Made by a program: the position numbers and the translations under genes
Origin: Zygnema circumcarinatum SAG 698-1b
Taxonomy: Eukaryota; Plantae; Zygnematophyceae
DNA: 64,000 nucleotides
Assembly: GCA_037447605.1 (NCBI GenBank)
Contig: CM074809.1
Span: 424,689-488,688 of the forward strand
Direction: 5' to 3'
Shown: piece after piece, positions 26,165 through 37,532 of the stretch
Position numbering within the stretch: the first letter of the stretch is position 1
Layout of the letters: each line of letters opens with the position of its first letter
The notes under the pieces: model-generated
Told to the model about the DNA's origin: nothing
The model's input: the letters and a program-made list of their open reading frames with translations, nothing else
Database searches by the model: none

Positions 26165-29100
26165 ATGGCCGCCACAATGCCTCTCCTCTCTCTCCCTCTC
26201 TTGCCGCTTCTGTTGGTCCTCACGGTCCTCACCATGGCAGGGAAGTCCGGGGAGGCTGCCACGTGTCCACAGACCCTCGTAGCGTCAGAAGCGCAGACTC
26301 TCCTGGCAGCCATGGACGACCTCGAGGACCCGCAGGGCGTGCTGGAGGACTGGACAGCTGGCAACGTCTCAGAGGCCTGCTGCTGGACAGGTGTCACGTG
26401 TTTAAAAGTTTTTGGAAAAAAGATTTTTATGGTTCAGAGTTTGGTTCTCAGCGGGCTCGACCTCAACGGGACTTTGCCTTCTGCTTTCGGGAACTTGACG
26501 AAGCTCTCTTCTATCGACTTATATTATAACAATTTCACAGGAGGAATACCTGAAAGCTGGGCCGCGCTTTCTTCTCTCCGCGACCTCAGGCTTGGAAGCA
26601 ATAAGTTGAACGGATCGTTGACCGGACTGGCGCAACTCACGAGCTTGGAGACCCTTGATCTGAGTTCAAATTTATTTTCACAAGAGATGGAGGCGGTCCC
26701 AGTGGGCAGTCTGACGAATCTCACTTTTTTAAGTCTTCAGTTCAACCTATTCTCTGGAGGGTTTCCGACATGGCTTGGAAAGCTCTCCGCATTGACCGAA
26801 TTGCACCTTGAATACAACCCTTACCTCTCTCCGTCGCTTCTTCCTATCGACTATGCCAGCTGGCCTCCTCAACTCGCTACTGCTTGTTTCAGTTCCATGA
26901 ATCTCTATGGACCCCTTCCGGACGCGCTCGCACAACTGCCTCTCCAAGACCTCGACCTCAGCGTTAACACTTTTAATGGCAGCATTCCGACGGTGTTTGG
27001 CAATTTTACCTTTATTGGTGAGACGAAACTTCGCCTTAATGACAATAATCTTACAGGAGAGGTACCCCTGGCCCTTGCAGAGGGCTCCTTTCAGACCTTA
27101 ACTTTACATGAAAACGGCTTTGTGGGAAATATTTCCAGCTTTTTGAAGGCGCTTTGTGGGGGCCCAAGCGCGAAATCACTGTACTATCTGGATCTTCATC
27201 GCAACCAGTTCAACGGCGAGATTCCATCCGAGGTCCAGAACTGCTTGAATCTTGGGACTCTCAATCTTAACGAAAACCTTCTAACTGGAGCGATTCCTCC
27301 TGAACTTGGCACCTTAACTTTGTTGGATACTCTGTCTTTGGACAATAATCGTCTGTCAGGAGAAATTCCCAAGGAGTTTTTGCGACTGACCAACCTCACT
27401 TCTTTGACATTTAGTAATAATAACATTTCTGGGTCCCTCCCGCAGCTGAACTGCTCAGAAGGAGGAGGGTTATCAGTACAGGGTGATAACAACCGCCTTT
27501 CAGGGCCACTTCCTTCATTCTCAGACTGCCCTCTTACCGTCCTTAACCTCCAAAACAATTCCCTCACTGGAAACCTTTCCGTTCTAGCAAACATGCCCAT
27601 TCTCACTAACCTCAGTCTCTCTCAAAATCTCTTCAGCGGGAGCCTTCCGGCAGTCGAGGATTGGAAAGCACTGGAAACACTTGATCTATCTTTGAATAAT
27701 TTCACTTCCAGAATCCCAACGAGTTTAGGCCTCCATAGCCCCAGTTTGAGCAGTATGAACTTCAGCAGGAATGCATTGACTGGCAGCATCCCCAGGACTC
27801 TCTTTCTGCCTCCCTCTCTTCAATCGATCGACCTCAGCTACAATAATCTCACTTCTCCCCTTGACCCGAGCTTTCTAAACAGCACCTCGCTGACCACGTT
27901 CTACCTCCAAGGCAATCAGATTTCTGGGCCATTACCAGAGAGGGGGCTCCTGGTTGCCAATAGCTTATTGGATTTGAACCTCAGTGACAATTTCCTGTCT
28001 GGCCCCCTCCCTTCAAACTTTAGTGTAGTGAACCGTATCAAAACCCTAAACCTCGGAAGTAACGCCTTCTACGGGGCCATTCCGCCAAGTCTCGCGGACC
28101 TGACCACGCTTGTGACGCTTAACCTGTCAAAGAATGCCTTCAACAACTCCATTCCGAATCTCCTCTCACAGAATCTGAAACTGTTGGACCTCAGCGAGAA
28201 CTCCTTCTCGGGTGAATTGCCATCTTTCAGCGGCTCCTCCTCCCTCCAGTATATGGACCTTTCCTCTAACAACCTCTCGGGCTCCATCCCGACCAACTAC
28301 TCCCTCTTCAGCAGCCTCCAACACCTCGACCTCTCCGACAACGACCTCAGCGGCAGCCTTCCAGAGGGGCTGGGCGACCTCTCCTCCCTCACCTTCATCG
28401 ACCTTTCGAACAACCTTCTTTCCGGCCCCCTCCCTGCCAACCTCTCCCGCTTCAACGCCTCCTCTTTCAGCGGCAATGCGGGGCTCTGCGGCGCCCTGTT
28501 GGCCTCGCCCTGCGCGGCCACTCCTCCCCCGCCGAGCCCCTCCGCCGCGGGGGATGATGGGCTCTCCGGAGGCGCAATTGGGGGGATCGCAGTGGGGGCA
28601 GCGGCGGGCCTGCTTTTGCTTGCGGTGGGGGTCTGTCTCTTTGTTTGGAGGAATAAGAGGAGGTCGTCTGAAGATGAGGAGCAGGTAGAGGTGCGAGTGG
28701 ACGGGGCATTCAGCGTTTCGCCTCAAGGGGTTTTCCGCATTTTCGAGAATGCAAGGCTCAGCATTGACGACATTGTTCAAGCGACGGGGAATTTCAGTTC
28801 GAAACATCTTTTGGGGACAGGCGGGTTTGGGTCTGTCTACAAGTAAGCACCTTCAATATTGGCATGCTTGCAATTTTTAACTCTGCATAGTTGGGTTCGG
28901 ATTGTCTCTGATCTTTCTTGAAGTTGCATTCTCTGTATTCAAAAGGAGAGAAATGCATGCGATTCAGAGAAGCTGTGCTGATATCAGCCCTATTTGCTGT
29001 GATGCAGAGCGGCAGTATCAGACGATGAGGTGTATGCCGTGAAGCGGCTCGCTCAGGGCAGCACGCAGGGAGATGCTGAGTTCCGAGCGGAGATGGAAAC

Positions 29101-29782
29101 ATTGGGAAAAGTTCGACACAACCACTTGGTGACGTTAGTTGCGAGCTATAACGACCCCTCTGCAAATGAATGCCTCCTCATCTACAACTTCCTCCCGGGC
29201 GGAAACCTCGACTCGCTGCTCAAGAAGGGAGTGGACTGGTCGACTCGCCTCAATGTCGCCATAGGAGCCGCGAGAGGGCTCAAATACCTCCATCACGACT
29301 GCATCCCTTACATCATCCACCGAGACATGAAGCCCGGAAACATCCTCATGGACGAGGACATGGAAGCGCATGTTGCGGATTTCGGGTTGGCGAAGGTAGT
29401 TGACCTCAAAAAGACCCATATTTCCACAAAGCTGTTGGGGACGATTGGGTATTTGGCTCCGGAGTATGCGACCAAGGGCCGAGCTTCTCCAAAGAGTGAT
29501 GTGTTCGCATTCGGAGTCATTCTCCTGCAGCTTGTAAGTGGCAAGTCTCCTACTCATCCTCAGATGAGTGACGGCATGTCGGTTTGGGCTAAGACATCTC
29601 CAAAGGAGGAGGTGATTGACTCGACCTTGGCTGAGGAAGAAGAGAGCAGAAAGGAGATTCTGGCAATGCTGAAATTGGGTATTGCCTGCACTGCTCGGAA
29701 GCCGATGGATCGGCCGACTATGGAGGAAGTGCTCCATGCTTTGGAGCACTTGAGCGAGTTTGCTGCAGGGATAAAGGAATGA
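26165..29782 (+). CDS. LRR receptor-like kinase (2 exons: 26165-28842, 29008-29782); RD kinase resembling LRR-X (EMS1/BRI1/PSKR)
   Basis: Signal peptide, CCWTGVTC, continuous LRR array, FSGNAGLCG, TM GAIGGIAVGAAAGLLLLAVGVCLFVW. The intron (AA|gtaagc...gatgcag|A) joins GTGGFGSVYK to AAVSDDEVYAVKRL. Kinase motifs EFRAEMETLGKVRHNHLV, IHRDMKPGNIL, DFG, GTIGYLAPEY. Confidence 0.95.
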
Positions 29783-30693
29783 GTTATTGGGGAAGGAGGG
29801 GATGGTAGGGAGGGAGGGAGGGAGGGAGACGGGGAGGGGGGTTCCTTGTCGCCGCAATCTCATCCTTGGAAAGGTGAATAGTCGGCGGAAGGCTGAAGGT
29901 CCCACTTCCTGCAGAATAGGTTTATGTTGCAGGGTGGAGTCTGTACCGTATATGGTATGCTGCTAGAGACTGATTAATGTAATTTTCGGGCAAAATTTTT
30001 GATCTCAACTTTCTATGTGAGCTTAGTAGGCAGAAATAACTTTGATATTACTTGGCATTTTTACAAAGCAGTGCTTACACAGGCGATGGCGCCGTATACC
30101 TGAATACTACGAAACTTAAGGCACCGCAAACATTTGCTGAATATTACGAGGAAGAAAATGGCTTATTGAAAAAGAAGAAAAGAACATATGAACATATGAA
30201 GCATAGTGGCGCATAGTCTTTCATTATTAGTAACGTAAGGTGAATAACAGGTTAGAAAACATCTCCACTTAATTCGAAATGCAGGTTTGCTCTATGCACA
30301 TCTTCTTCTTACAATCGAGCACGCTTCGATCTTTCTCCTCTTGTTCGCGGTTGCATTACATTGCATTGCAGCCTTGGGCGCTGTTTGCCTTCAAAAGTTC
30401 CCATATTGCTCTCATCTTGGATGAACGCCGGCCAATGCATGCATGCATGCAGTCAATGCCACATCCTTTGCTTCGTATGGATGCATGTGATGATAAGGTC
30501 AGACGACATGACTGTTAGGAAGGACGATGCTCCACCGTGGCTCGCAATGGACAAACGGCCGAACACTTGGTTGGTAGAAGAAGTCCGCCGCCGCGGCGGT
30601 TACAATGTTACAGACCGTACTGCTTGGCGGCGAGACTGAAGTCAGACAACGACGTAGTCCAGCTTAAGTCTATTTCTTTTTGAGAATTAACAA

Positions 30694-31098
30694 GGGTAGT
30701 GTTATTTCCACCCCTTTTTTGGATCAAAACACTCCCTCCTGGCCGGGCGGATTTGAAAAAGGTTAAAAAACGGAATATGCTTTTTTCACTCCCTCTTGGA
30801 ATCGATACCCACCTTTTTCCGTCGGGCAGATTTTAATTTTGCAAAACAAGGAAATTGATACCCCGTCACCCCATTCAAGGTCAGGGTCAAGCGATGGTCA
30901 AGTACTGACTCCCCCTAATTGGGTGACGGGGTATCATTTTCCTTTGTTTTGCAAAAATAGAATCTGCCGACGAGAAAAGGTGGGTATCGATTCCAAAAAG
31001 GAGTGAAAAAAGCATTTTCCGTTTTTAAACCTTTTGAAAATCTGGCCGGCCGGGAATGGATGTTTTGATCCAAACAAGGGGTGGAAATAACACTACCC
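30694..31098. mobile_element. Foldback Mutator-like MITE (TIRs ~180 bp, 8-bp TSD)
   Basis: Ends GGGTAGTGTTATTTCCACCCCT / AGGGGTGGAAATAACACTACCC; the arms pair nearly to the centre. ATTAACAA at 30686-30693 and 31099-31106. Confidence 0.9.
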
Positions 31099-31120
31099 AT
31101 TAACAATATATAAAATTCAT

Positions 31121-31960
31121 GTCATAGTGCGACGCCTTTCCAATAGTGCGGTCCGATTGTCATTTGCGCGTCGCAGTATCGTCGCAGTATCGTGGCATTA
31201 TCGCGATCGCATCGCAGAATGTCGCAATTTGGGCGACGCACGCCAGCCGTCGATGTGGAGACAAACCAATCGCCGACTGTCACGTGTACCATGAAAATTA
31301 TGTAATTCCGGCGAGGGGCGTCAGATCACTGAAGAGTGAAGAGGTGAGGGCTGGTCCGGTGGGGGCTGGGTCGGTTGCTAACGGGCGTTGACAAACACCG
31401 ACCTACGGTTGGCAGGCTTGATCTATGTTTGACAATCTTGACTTGTGTTGGCCTGCTTGACCTAGGCCAACGCATGGAACGACATGTACGACCATCCAGT
31501 TCAACCAATGGCCACTCGCCACGTGCAAACTCGCCAAGGGCGGCCGCATACGTCCAGAAAACAAACCGCAAGTGGGGACAGCACAGGGAGAGGAGAGGGA
31601 GAAGACAGGAGATGGAGAGAGAGGAGAGGAGAGGAGAGGAGAAGATGAGGGAGAGGGAGAGGGAGAGGGAGAGGGAGAGGGAGAGGGAGAGGGAGAGGGA
31701 CAGGGAGAGGGAGAGGGAGGGGGAGGGGGAGGGGGAGAGAGAGAGGAGAGGGAGGAGGAGGGCCCTGCTTCCTCGCTTACCTGCTTGCCTGCGGCGGCCG
31801 CTGTGGGAGGGGGGGAGGGAGGGAGGGAGGGAGGGAGGGAGGGATGGAGTGAGGGAGGGAGTGACTGAGAGAGGGAGGGAGGAAGGGAGGGAGAAAGGAA
31901 GGGAGGAAGGGAGGAGGAGGTGTCATTCACGGTTGACGCGAATGGCAGCGCTGCTCCTGA
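31121..31960 (+). promoter_or_regulatory. Diverged copy of the upstream region of the 26165 LRR-RLK, with no recognisable gene behind it
   Basis: GTCATAGTGCGACGCC...GATTGTCATTT...TCGCAGAATGTCGCAA (31121-31230) matches 25641-25740. AATGG..A.TCGCCACGT...GCGGCCGCATACG (~31506-31555) matches ~25931-25975. Both are followed by a GA-rich leader and ATGGC. Confidence 0.55.
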
Positions 31961-34900
31961 GGAGGGAGGGAGGGAAGGGGCGGCCAAGCCTTCAGCACAC
32001 GTCTGCAAACATTTGCGTCGAGTAAAGGGAATGTTGTACGCATGAGCGTATTGAAGCAGTCGCAGCTTATTAAGGGTGAGATGGCTGGCTCTAGTAGTGC
32101 GAGAAAATGTTGGAGTTTCATAGAGGGATGTTGAGGCTGCAATCTGCAAACGCGGCGTTCTCTGATTACGAGCCGGTTTTTAGGGTTTAGGAGTAGCAGC
32201 CCCTGCGAGTCTGACTCTGAAAGATCTGCGTGAAGAATTGAGACCCGCCCCCAAACCACAGTGGAATGACTCGATTCGCTCGGCTACGGCTGCTTCCTGG
32301 AGCTGTGGCACGATTAGCCTCCCGTCTCTCTCTCCCCTTCGCTCTCTCTCGCTCGCTCTCTCTCCCTCTCTCTCCCTCTCACTTCTCCCTTTCTCATGCC
32401 CCCCTCCCCCCCCTTCCTGTTTCACTCTTACTTGCTCTGCCATCAGCTTCCGTTCCTTTTCATCGTTTGTCTCTGCCAATCATCATCCCTCTGATTACCA
32501 CTTTGTTCTCCCCTGTTTCCCTCTCTCGCCGTCATTCATTTTCTTTCCCTCGTCGCCCTCTCTCTCGCCATCTTCATCCCTCCTCTTACCTCCATTCACC
32601 TGCACTGAGAAACCCTAGCATCCTTTGCCATGTTTGTATATTCCGAGCACACGCTTATTGAAAAAACAAGCGAGTATCGATACTTCTCAGAACCCGCAGA
32701 CATATGATCTCCCTCTCCCCACCTCTACCTCAATAATCAGATTTTCGCGGAAGATGTTGGTGCCCTATCTGATGTGCTGGTTCCGTGGTGCTTTCCGTAT
32801 CGCAGCAAACGAAACAAGGAACAGCGTAATGTGCCTCACGGGCTGTTGGGACGACGCTTTTGAATTTCACGGATGGGCCAATCTGGTGTGCTCGAGCAGA
32901 CGGAGTTTTAATCTCACAAAGTATCGGCGCAAATCTTGTGCTTGGCGCTGAACTCTGAGAAAAAGAGGGCAGGACCTCTGCTGCTGGGGTCTCTTGCTCT
33001 CCCCACCCTCCTCTCTCTCTCTCTTTCACCCTCGTTTCTATTCCAGTTTTTTTCGACACTCTTCACTCTCTTTTGTCCCCTACACCCAACCCCCCTCGTT
33101 CGCTCTCCCATTCGAGTTCTTATTTATTCTCTACACTCCTCCTTCCCTCCCTCCCTCCCTCCCTCCCTCCCTCCCTCCCTTCCCCACTTTCTCCCTGTGT
33201 CCCCTTCAAGTTCTTGTCCGCTTGCAATTTGGTGGAGCCAAGTCCGAATTCACTCTCAGCTCCTGCAACGGAAAATTTAGGCAATCAAAATATTGGTTAG
33301 GTGCACGTCAAAGCACGAGGTACATTTCAATTGTATTATTGAATTACATTGAACACATCAGAGTAGAAGTAGAAGTGACTTGCAAAACAAGTTGCTAGGC
33401 TCGTATTCAGCATAGGATGTGGTGACTCAGGCAGGCTTGAAACTGTGAAACAGCAGTTTTTACCTTCTTATCTCCTTTGTTAATCAAATCAGATGGGCTT
33501 TGAACGTAACAACGGGGTGTGATCATTATTGGCTTTGGCTGCCGATTGTTCCAAGAGAGTACCATGTTCCGCTGTTCCCTCCCTCCCTCCCTCCCTCCCT
33601 CCCTCCCTCCCTCCCTCCGTTCCGCTGTTCCCTCCCTCCCTCCCCTCCCTCCGCGGGTGAAAAAACATGCAGATTTATAGTGGCATGTGACACACATAGC
33701 ACAAACATAGGAAAAGAGGGCTGCGCAGTGATCGCATTCGGCGTGGCTCTGCTTTTGATGCATGTCAAGACGGGCATGCATGCGCGCATGACCTGCATGG
33801 GATGGCCAAGTATGGGGCCCTTGCATGGGCATGAATGCATGCATGTGTCATGTCAGTTGTGGGATGATGCCATGACTTGTCGGAGCTTTTGTCCACATGG
33901 CCTCAAAACAGTGCTCATGATGGCATCAGGCATGATGATGCGGCTGTACTGTTCAGCGATGCACTTCAGCGCGATCGATTTTAGGTTTAGCAGGTAGGTT
34001 GAGTTAAAAGGACATTAGTCAGCAACAAGGAAAAATAGTTCGATTACAGTAGACCACCTCATATTTTCCACCCTCTTAATTGCGTTTCCCAAGAAATTCG
34101 CCCTGATTTTGCCGAAACCACTTTTTTGTACGGTAAGTCTGTCTGGCCGTACTATTCGTATGATCCGTACTATTCGTACCATCCATGCTTAGCTGTACTA
34201 GCCGTTACGGGCTTAAGCAAAACTCACCGAATCTTCCCGCACTTGCCGCCGTAAGAGGCGCTCGCTCCTCTTCCCTTCTTCTTGGTTTCGATATGATACG
34301 ATACGATACGATACGTTACGATACGATACGTTATGGTACAACATGGTACGGTACGATACGTACGAACATACAAGAACCCTAACATAATACCGCCCGCCTA
34401 TTAGGGGGAGTCAGACCTTGACCATCGCCCGCGGAATTGCAAGATTTCGACCGCGGAAAGGTATTGATTTCGATTTCCGAATTCGGGTCGGAAACCACGG
34501 CTCCCCCCGAACCTGTCTGTCACGTCCGTACGGCGGAATAGGTTACAAAAATGCCCCCAAATTTCAGAATTCCGCGCTCCGAAACGGGGGGCCTCCAGAG
34601 GCCCCCCGTTTCGAAATTCCAGCTTTCCGCCGATGAGGAATCGTGCCCCGCCTTGTCGCCATGCGCGTCACGCACTTGCGAGCGTCTCTCTGCCGCCGCC
34701 CGGACGCCGCGACCCGCCGCCGCGCAGAGCAGCGGTTCAGTGCTGGCACAGGTTTAGGGTTTCGCTTCCCCCCGCACCAGCGTCCTCTTTCCGGCAACTG
34801 TGAGCACCACGGGAGAGCGGTGAGCGAAGACGCCAAGGCGACGAGGTACTCCCTCTCTATTCCCCTCTGTTGCTGTCTCCCTCGTCTCTCCCTCTCTGTT

Positions 34901-35954
34901 CCCCCTTTCTCTCTCTCTTGCTATCTCTCTCTATCACTCTCGCCCTGTTATCTCTCCCACATTCTCCCCGCCTGTGCCACTCTGCCCTGCCTCCCTCGGC
35001 CTGGCCCATGCCTCCCTTGTCTCCCTCTGTCTCCCTTGCTGCTGCTTTTCTCGCTGCTTCGTTTTCTGCTGCTGCTGCTGCTTTTTCTGCTGCTGCCCCT
35101 GCTGCTGCACCAGCTGCTTTTAGTGCTCCTTCTTTCTCTGCTTCTGCTGCTGCTGCTGCTGTTTCTTTTTCAGCTGGTTTTGCTATTGTTGTGCTGTTGC
35201 TGCTGCTGCTGTTGTTGCTCCTGCCGTCTTTTCTGCTGCTGCTGCTGCTTTTTTTGCTGCTGCTGCTGCTTTTTTTGCTGCTGCTGCTGCTTTTTTTGCT
35301 GCTGCTGCTGCTTTTTTTGCTGCTTCTTGTCTGCTACTGCTGCTGCTTTTGCTTCTTTTTCTGCTACTGCTCTTTTTACTGCTTCTTTTTCTGTTGCATT
35401 TTTTGCTGTTTCTTTTCCTGTTGCTGTTGCTATTGTTGTTCTGCTGCTGCTGCTGCTGCTGATTTTTTTACTGCTTCTTTTTCTGTTGCTTTTGTTGTTG
35501 CTTCATTCTCTGCTGCTGTTGCTATTGTTGTTTTGCTGCTGCTGCTGCTGCTGCTGATTTTTTTACTGCTTCTTTTTCTGTTGCTTTTGTTGTTGCTTCA
35601 TTCTCTGCTGCTGCTGCTATTGTTGTTCTGTTGCTGCTAGTGCTGCTGGTGCTTTTTTTACTGCTTTGTTTTTCTGAAGTTTTTTTTGCTGCTTCTTTTT
35701 CTGCTGTTGTTGTATTGTTGTGTTGTTGTTGCTGTGTTGCTGTTGCTGCTGCTGCTGCTATTGCTGTGCTGCTGGTGCTGGTGCTGCTGTTGTCCTTTCT
35801 GCTGCTGCTTTTTCTGCTACTGTTGCAGCATTCATTTTCTTTTTTGCTACTGCATTCTTCTTCCGCATTCCGCATTGCCCTGTCCTTGTGCTTCCCGTTC
35901 CTTATGCTTGTGTTGTGTGTATGTTTGCATATAATTCCTCCCCCTCCCCATTAA

Positions 35955-36024
35955 GTCGAAGTGGCGGATTGGTTATGCAACTGTTGCAAAACAGTAATAA
36001 AGGGGTTCAAATCCCCTCTTCGAC
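35955..36024 (+). ncRNA. tRNA-like element copy 1 (tRNA-Cys-like pseudogene or non-decoding tRNA mimic)
   Basis: GTCGAAG-TG-GCGG-ATTGGTT-ATGC-A-ACTGTTGCAAAACAGT-AATAA-AGGGG-TTCAAAT-CCCCT-CTTCGAC. It has a 7-bp acceptor stem, a 5-bp T stem, A-box TGGCGGATTGG and B-box GGTTCAAATCC. The anticodon arm is 1 nt short. Confidence 0.75.
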
Positions 36025-36958
36025 CTGCACTGTTTATTCATTCTTCCATTTTTATTCATTTATAGTTTTTGTGTTTGTGCTTCATGTCTTATATTTGTTG
36101 TTATTTTTCCTAGTTGTTTTTATTGCTTTTTGCCTTGTCCTTCAAAACTTTGAATACGTTTTACATCATATTTTGATTTGAGCATATATAGGTAGTTTGC
36201 TAACAAAATTATGCCGGCACACTCAGGAAAAACTCTTCTTTGGTTTTTGGAAACCTTGGTGGTATAAGCAACCATATCAAGTGCGGCAATGGGCTGTATT
36301 TGATGCCATCAGTACAATTATAGAATCCCTTGTAACTGCGTGTGCTCAAAATCCAAAACGTCTGGACTTAGGAGAAACAAGCTGATAAAGGTGCAATTGA
36401 TTCAACAACAATACAAAAAATATCATTAGAATGATCGACGTGTGGGCAAAGGAGGGACAAAGTGGGCGGGGGTGGGAAGAAGAGGATCAACAAGAGAGTC
36501 TGGAGAGGGTTGAGATCCACTAAGGAGGAGAGCGAGAGTGAGTCGGGGATAAGGCATAAGAGGGAGACAGCAACAAGAAGACTGTAAGGGGCAAAGAACA
36601 CAAGATGCTAAGATGTCACATACTAAGATGGGGAAGGAGACACACGGGGTGGAACAGGAAGGGAAGTGACAGAAAAAAGAGAGGGCAAGACACAGCAAGG
36701 TAAGCNNNNNNNNNNAGCCGTTCAAATGGAGTTTCCAAACACCAAGCTGCGAAGAGAGTGAAAAACAAAAAACAAACGCACCAAGGCCAGCATAAAGAGA
36801 GAGGAGGAAGCGGGTGAGGGATGGGGGGAATGCACAAACAACAAAAGTGAGAATGGGAGAGAGAGGGCACAAAGAGGGGGGAGGGGCAGAGAAAAAGCAA
36901 AAGCACAAACACAAAAACTATAAATGAATAAAAATAAAAGAATGAATAAATCGTACAA

Positions 36959-37028
36959 GTCGAAGAGAGGATTTGAACCCCTTTATTACTGTTTTGCAAC
37001 AGTTGCGTAACCAATCCGCCACTTCGAC
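36959..37028 (-). ncRNA. tRNA-like element copy 2
   Basis: Reverse complement of copy 1 with 2 substitutions (ACGC in the D stem, a G-U pair in the T stem); same short anticodon arm. Confidence 0.72.
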
Positions 37029-37462
37029 ATAATGGGGAGGGGGAGGAATAACATGCAATCATACACAACACAAGCATAGGCAAAGGAACGGGCAGCAGAA
37101 GAAGAAGAAGAAGAGGCAGCAGCAGCAGCAGAAAAAGCAAGAGCAAAAAAAGCAGCAGCATAGAAAGCAGCAGCAACATCAACAGCTGCAGCAGGTGCTG
37201 CAACAGCAGTAGCAGCAGAAATAGCAAAAGCAGGAAAAGAAACACCACAAAAAGCTGCAGTAGCATCAACAGCAGCAGCAGCAACAACAGCAGAAACAGC
37301 AGCACAAAACAAAATATGGTATACAAGGTATTCAAAATTTTGAAAGAAACTCAAAAAACAAAAAAAAACAACTAAGATAAATAACCACAAATATTTTACA
37401 TCAAATGCACAAACACAAACACTATATATGAATCAAAATAAACAAATGAAAAAATAGTACGA

Positions 37463-37532
37463 GTCAAAGAGGGGATTTGAATCCCTTTATTACTGTTTTG
37501 CAACAGTTGCATAACCAATTTGCCACTTCGAC
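37463..37532 (-). ncRNA. tRNA-like element copy 3 (most diverged)
   Basis: Reverse complement of copy 1 with ~4 substitutions (GGCAAATTGG, GGATTCAAAT, CTTTGAC); the B-box is damaged. Confidence 0.65.

Noticed and set aside
31950-33990. Cys-rich short ORFs (CDHCAALFSYVCAMCVTC; HYAVPCFVCCD) suggesting a zinc-finger or transposase gene
   Set aside because: Could not be joined into a frame or matched to a family by eye; needs a TBLASTX/HMM search.
35955-36024. Functional tRNA-Cys(GCA) gene
   Set aside because: The anticodon loop is 6 nt (or a 4-nt GNRA) in all copies, so it cannot be called a decoding tRNA; kept as tRNA-like.
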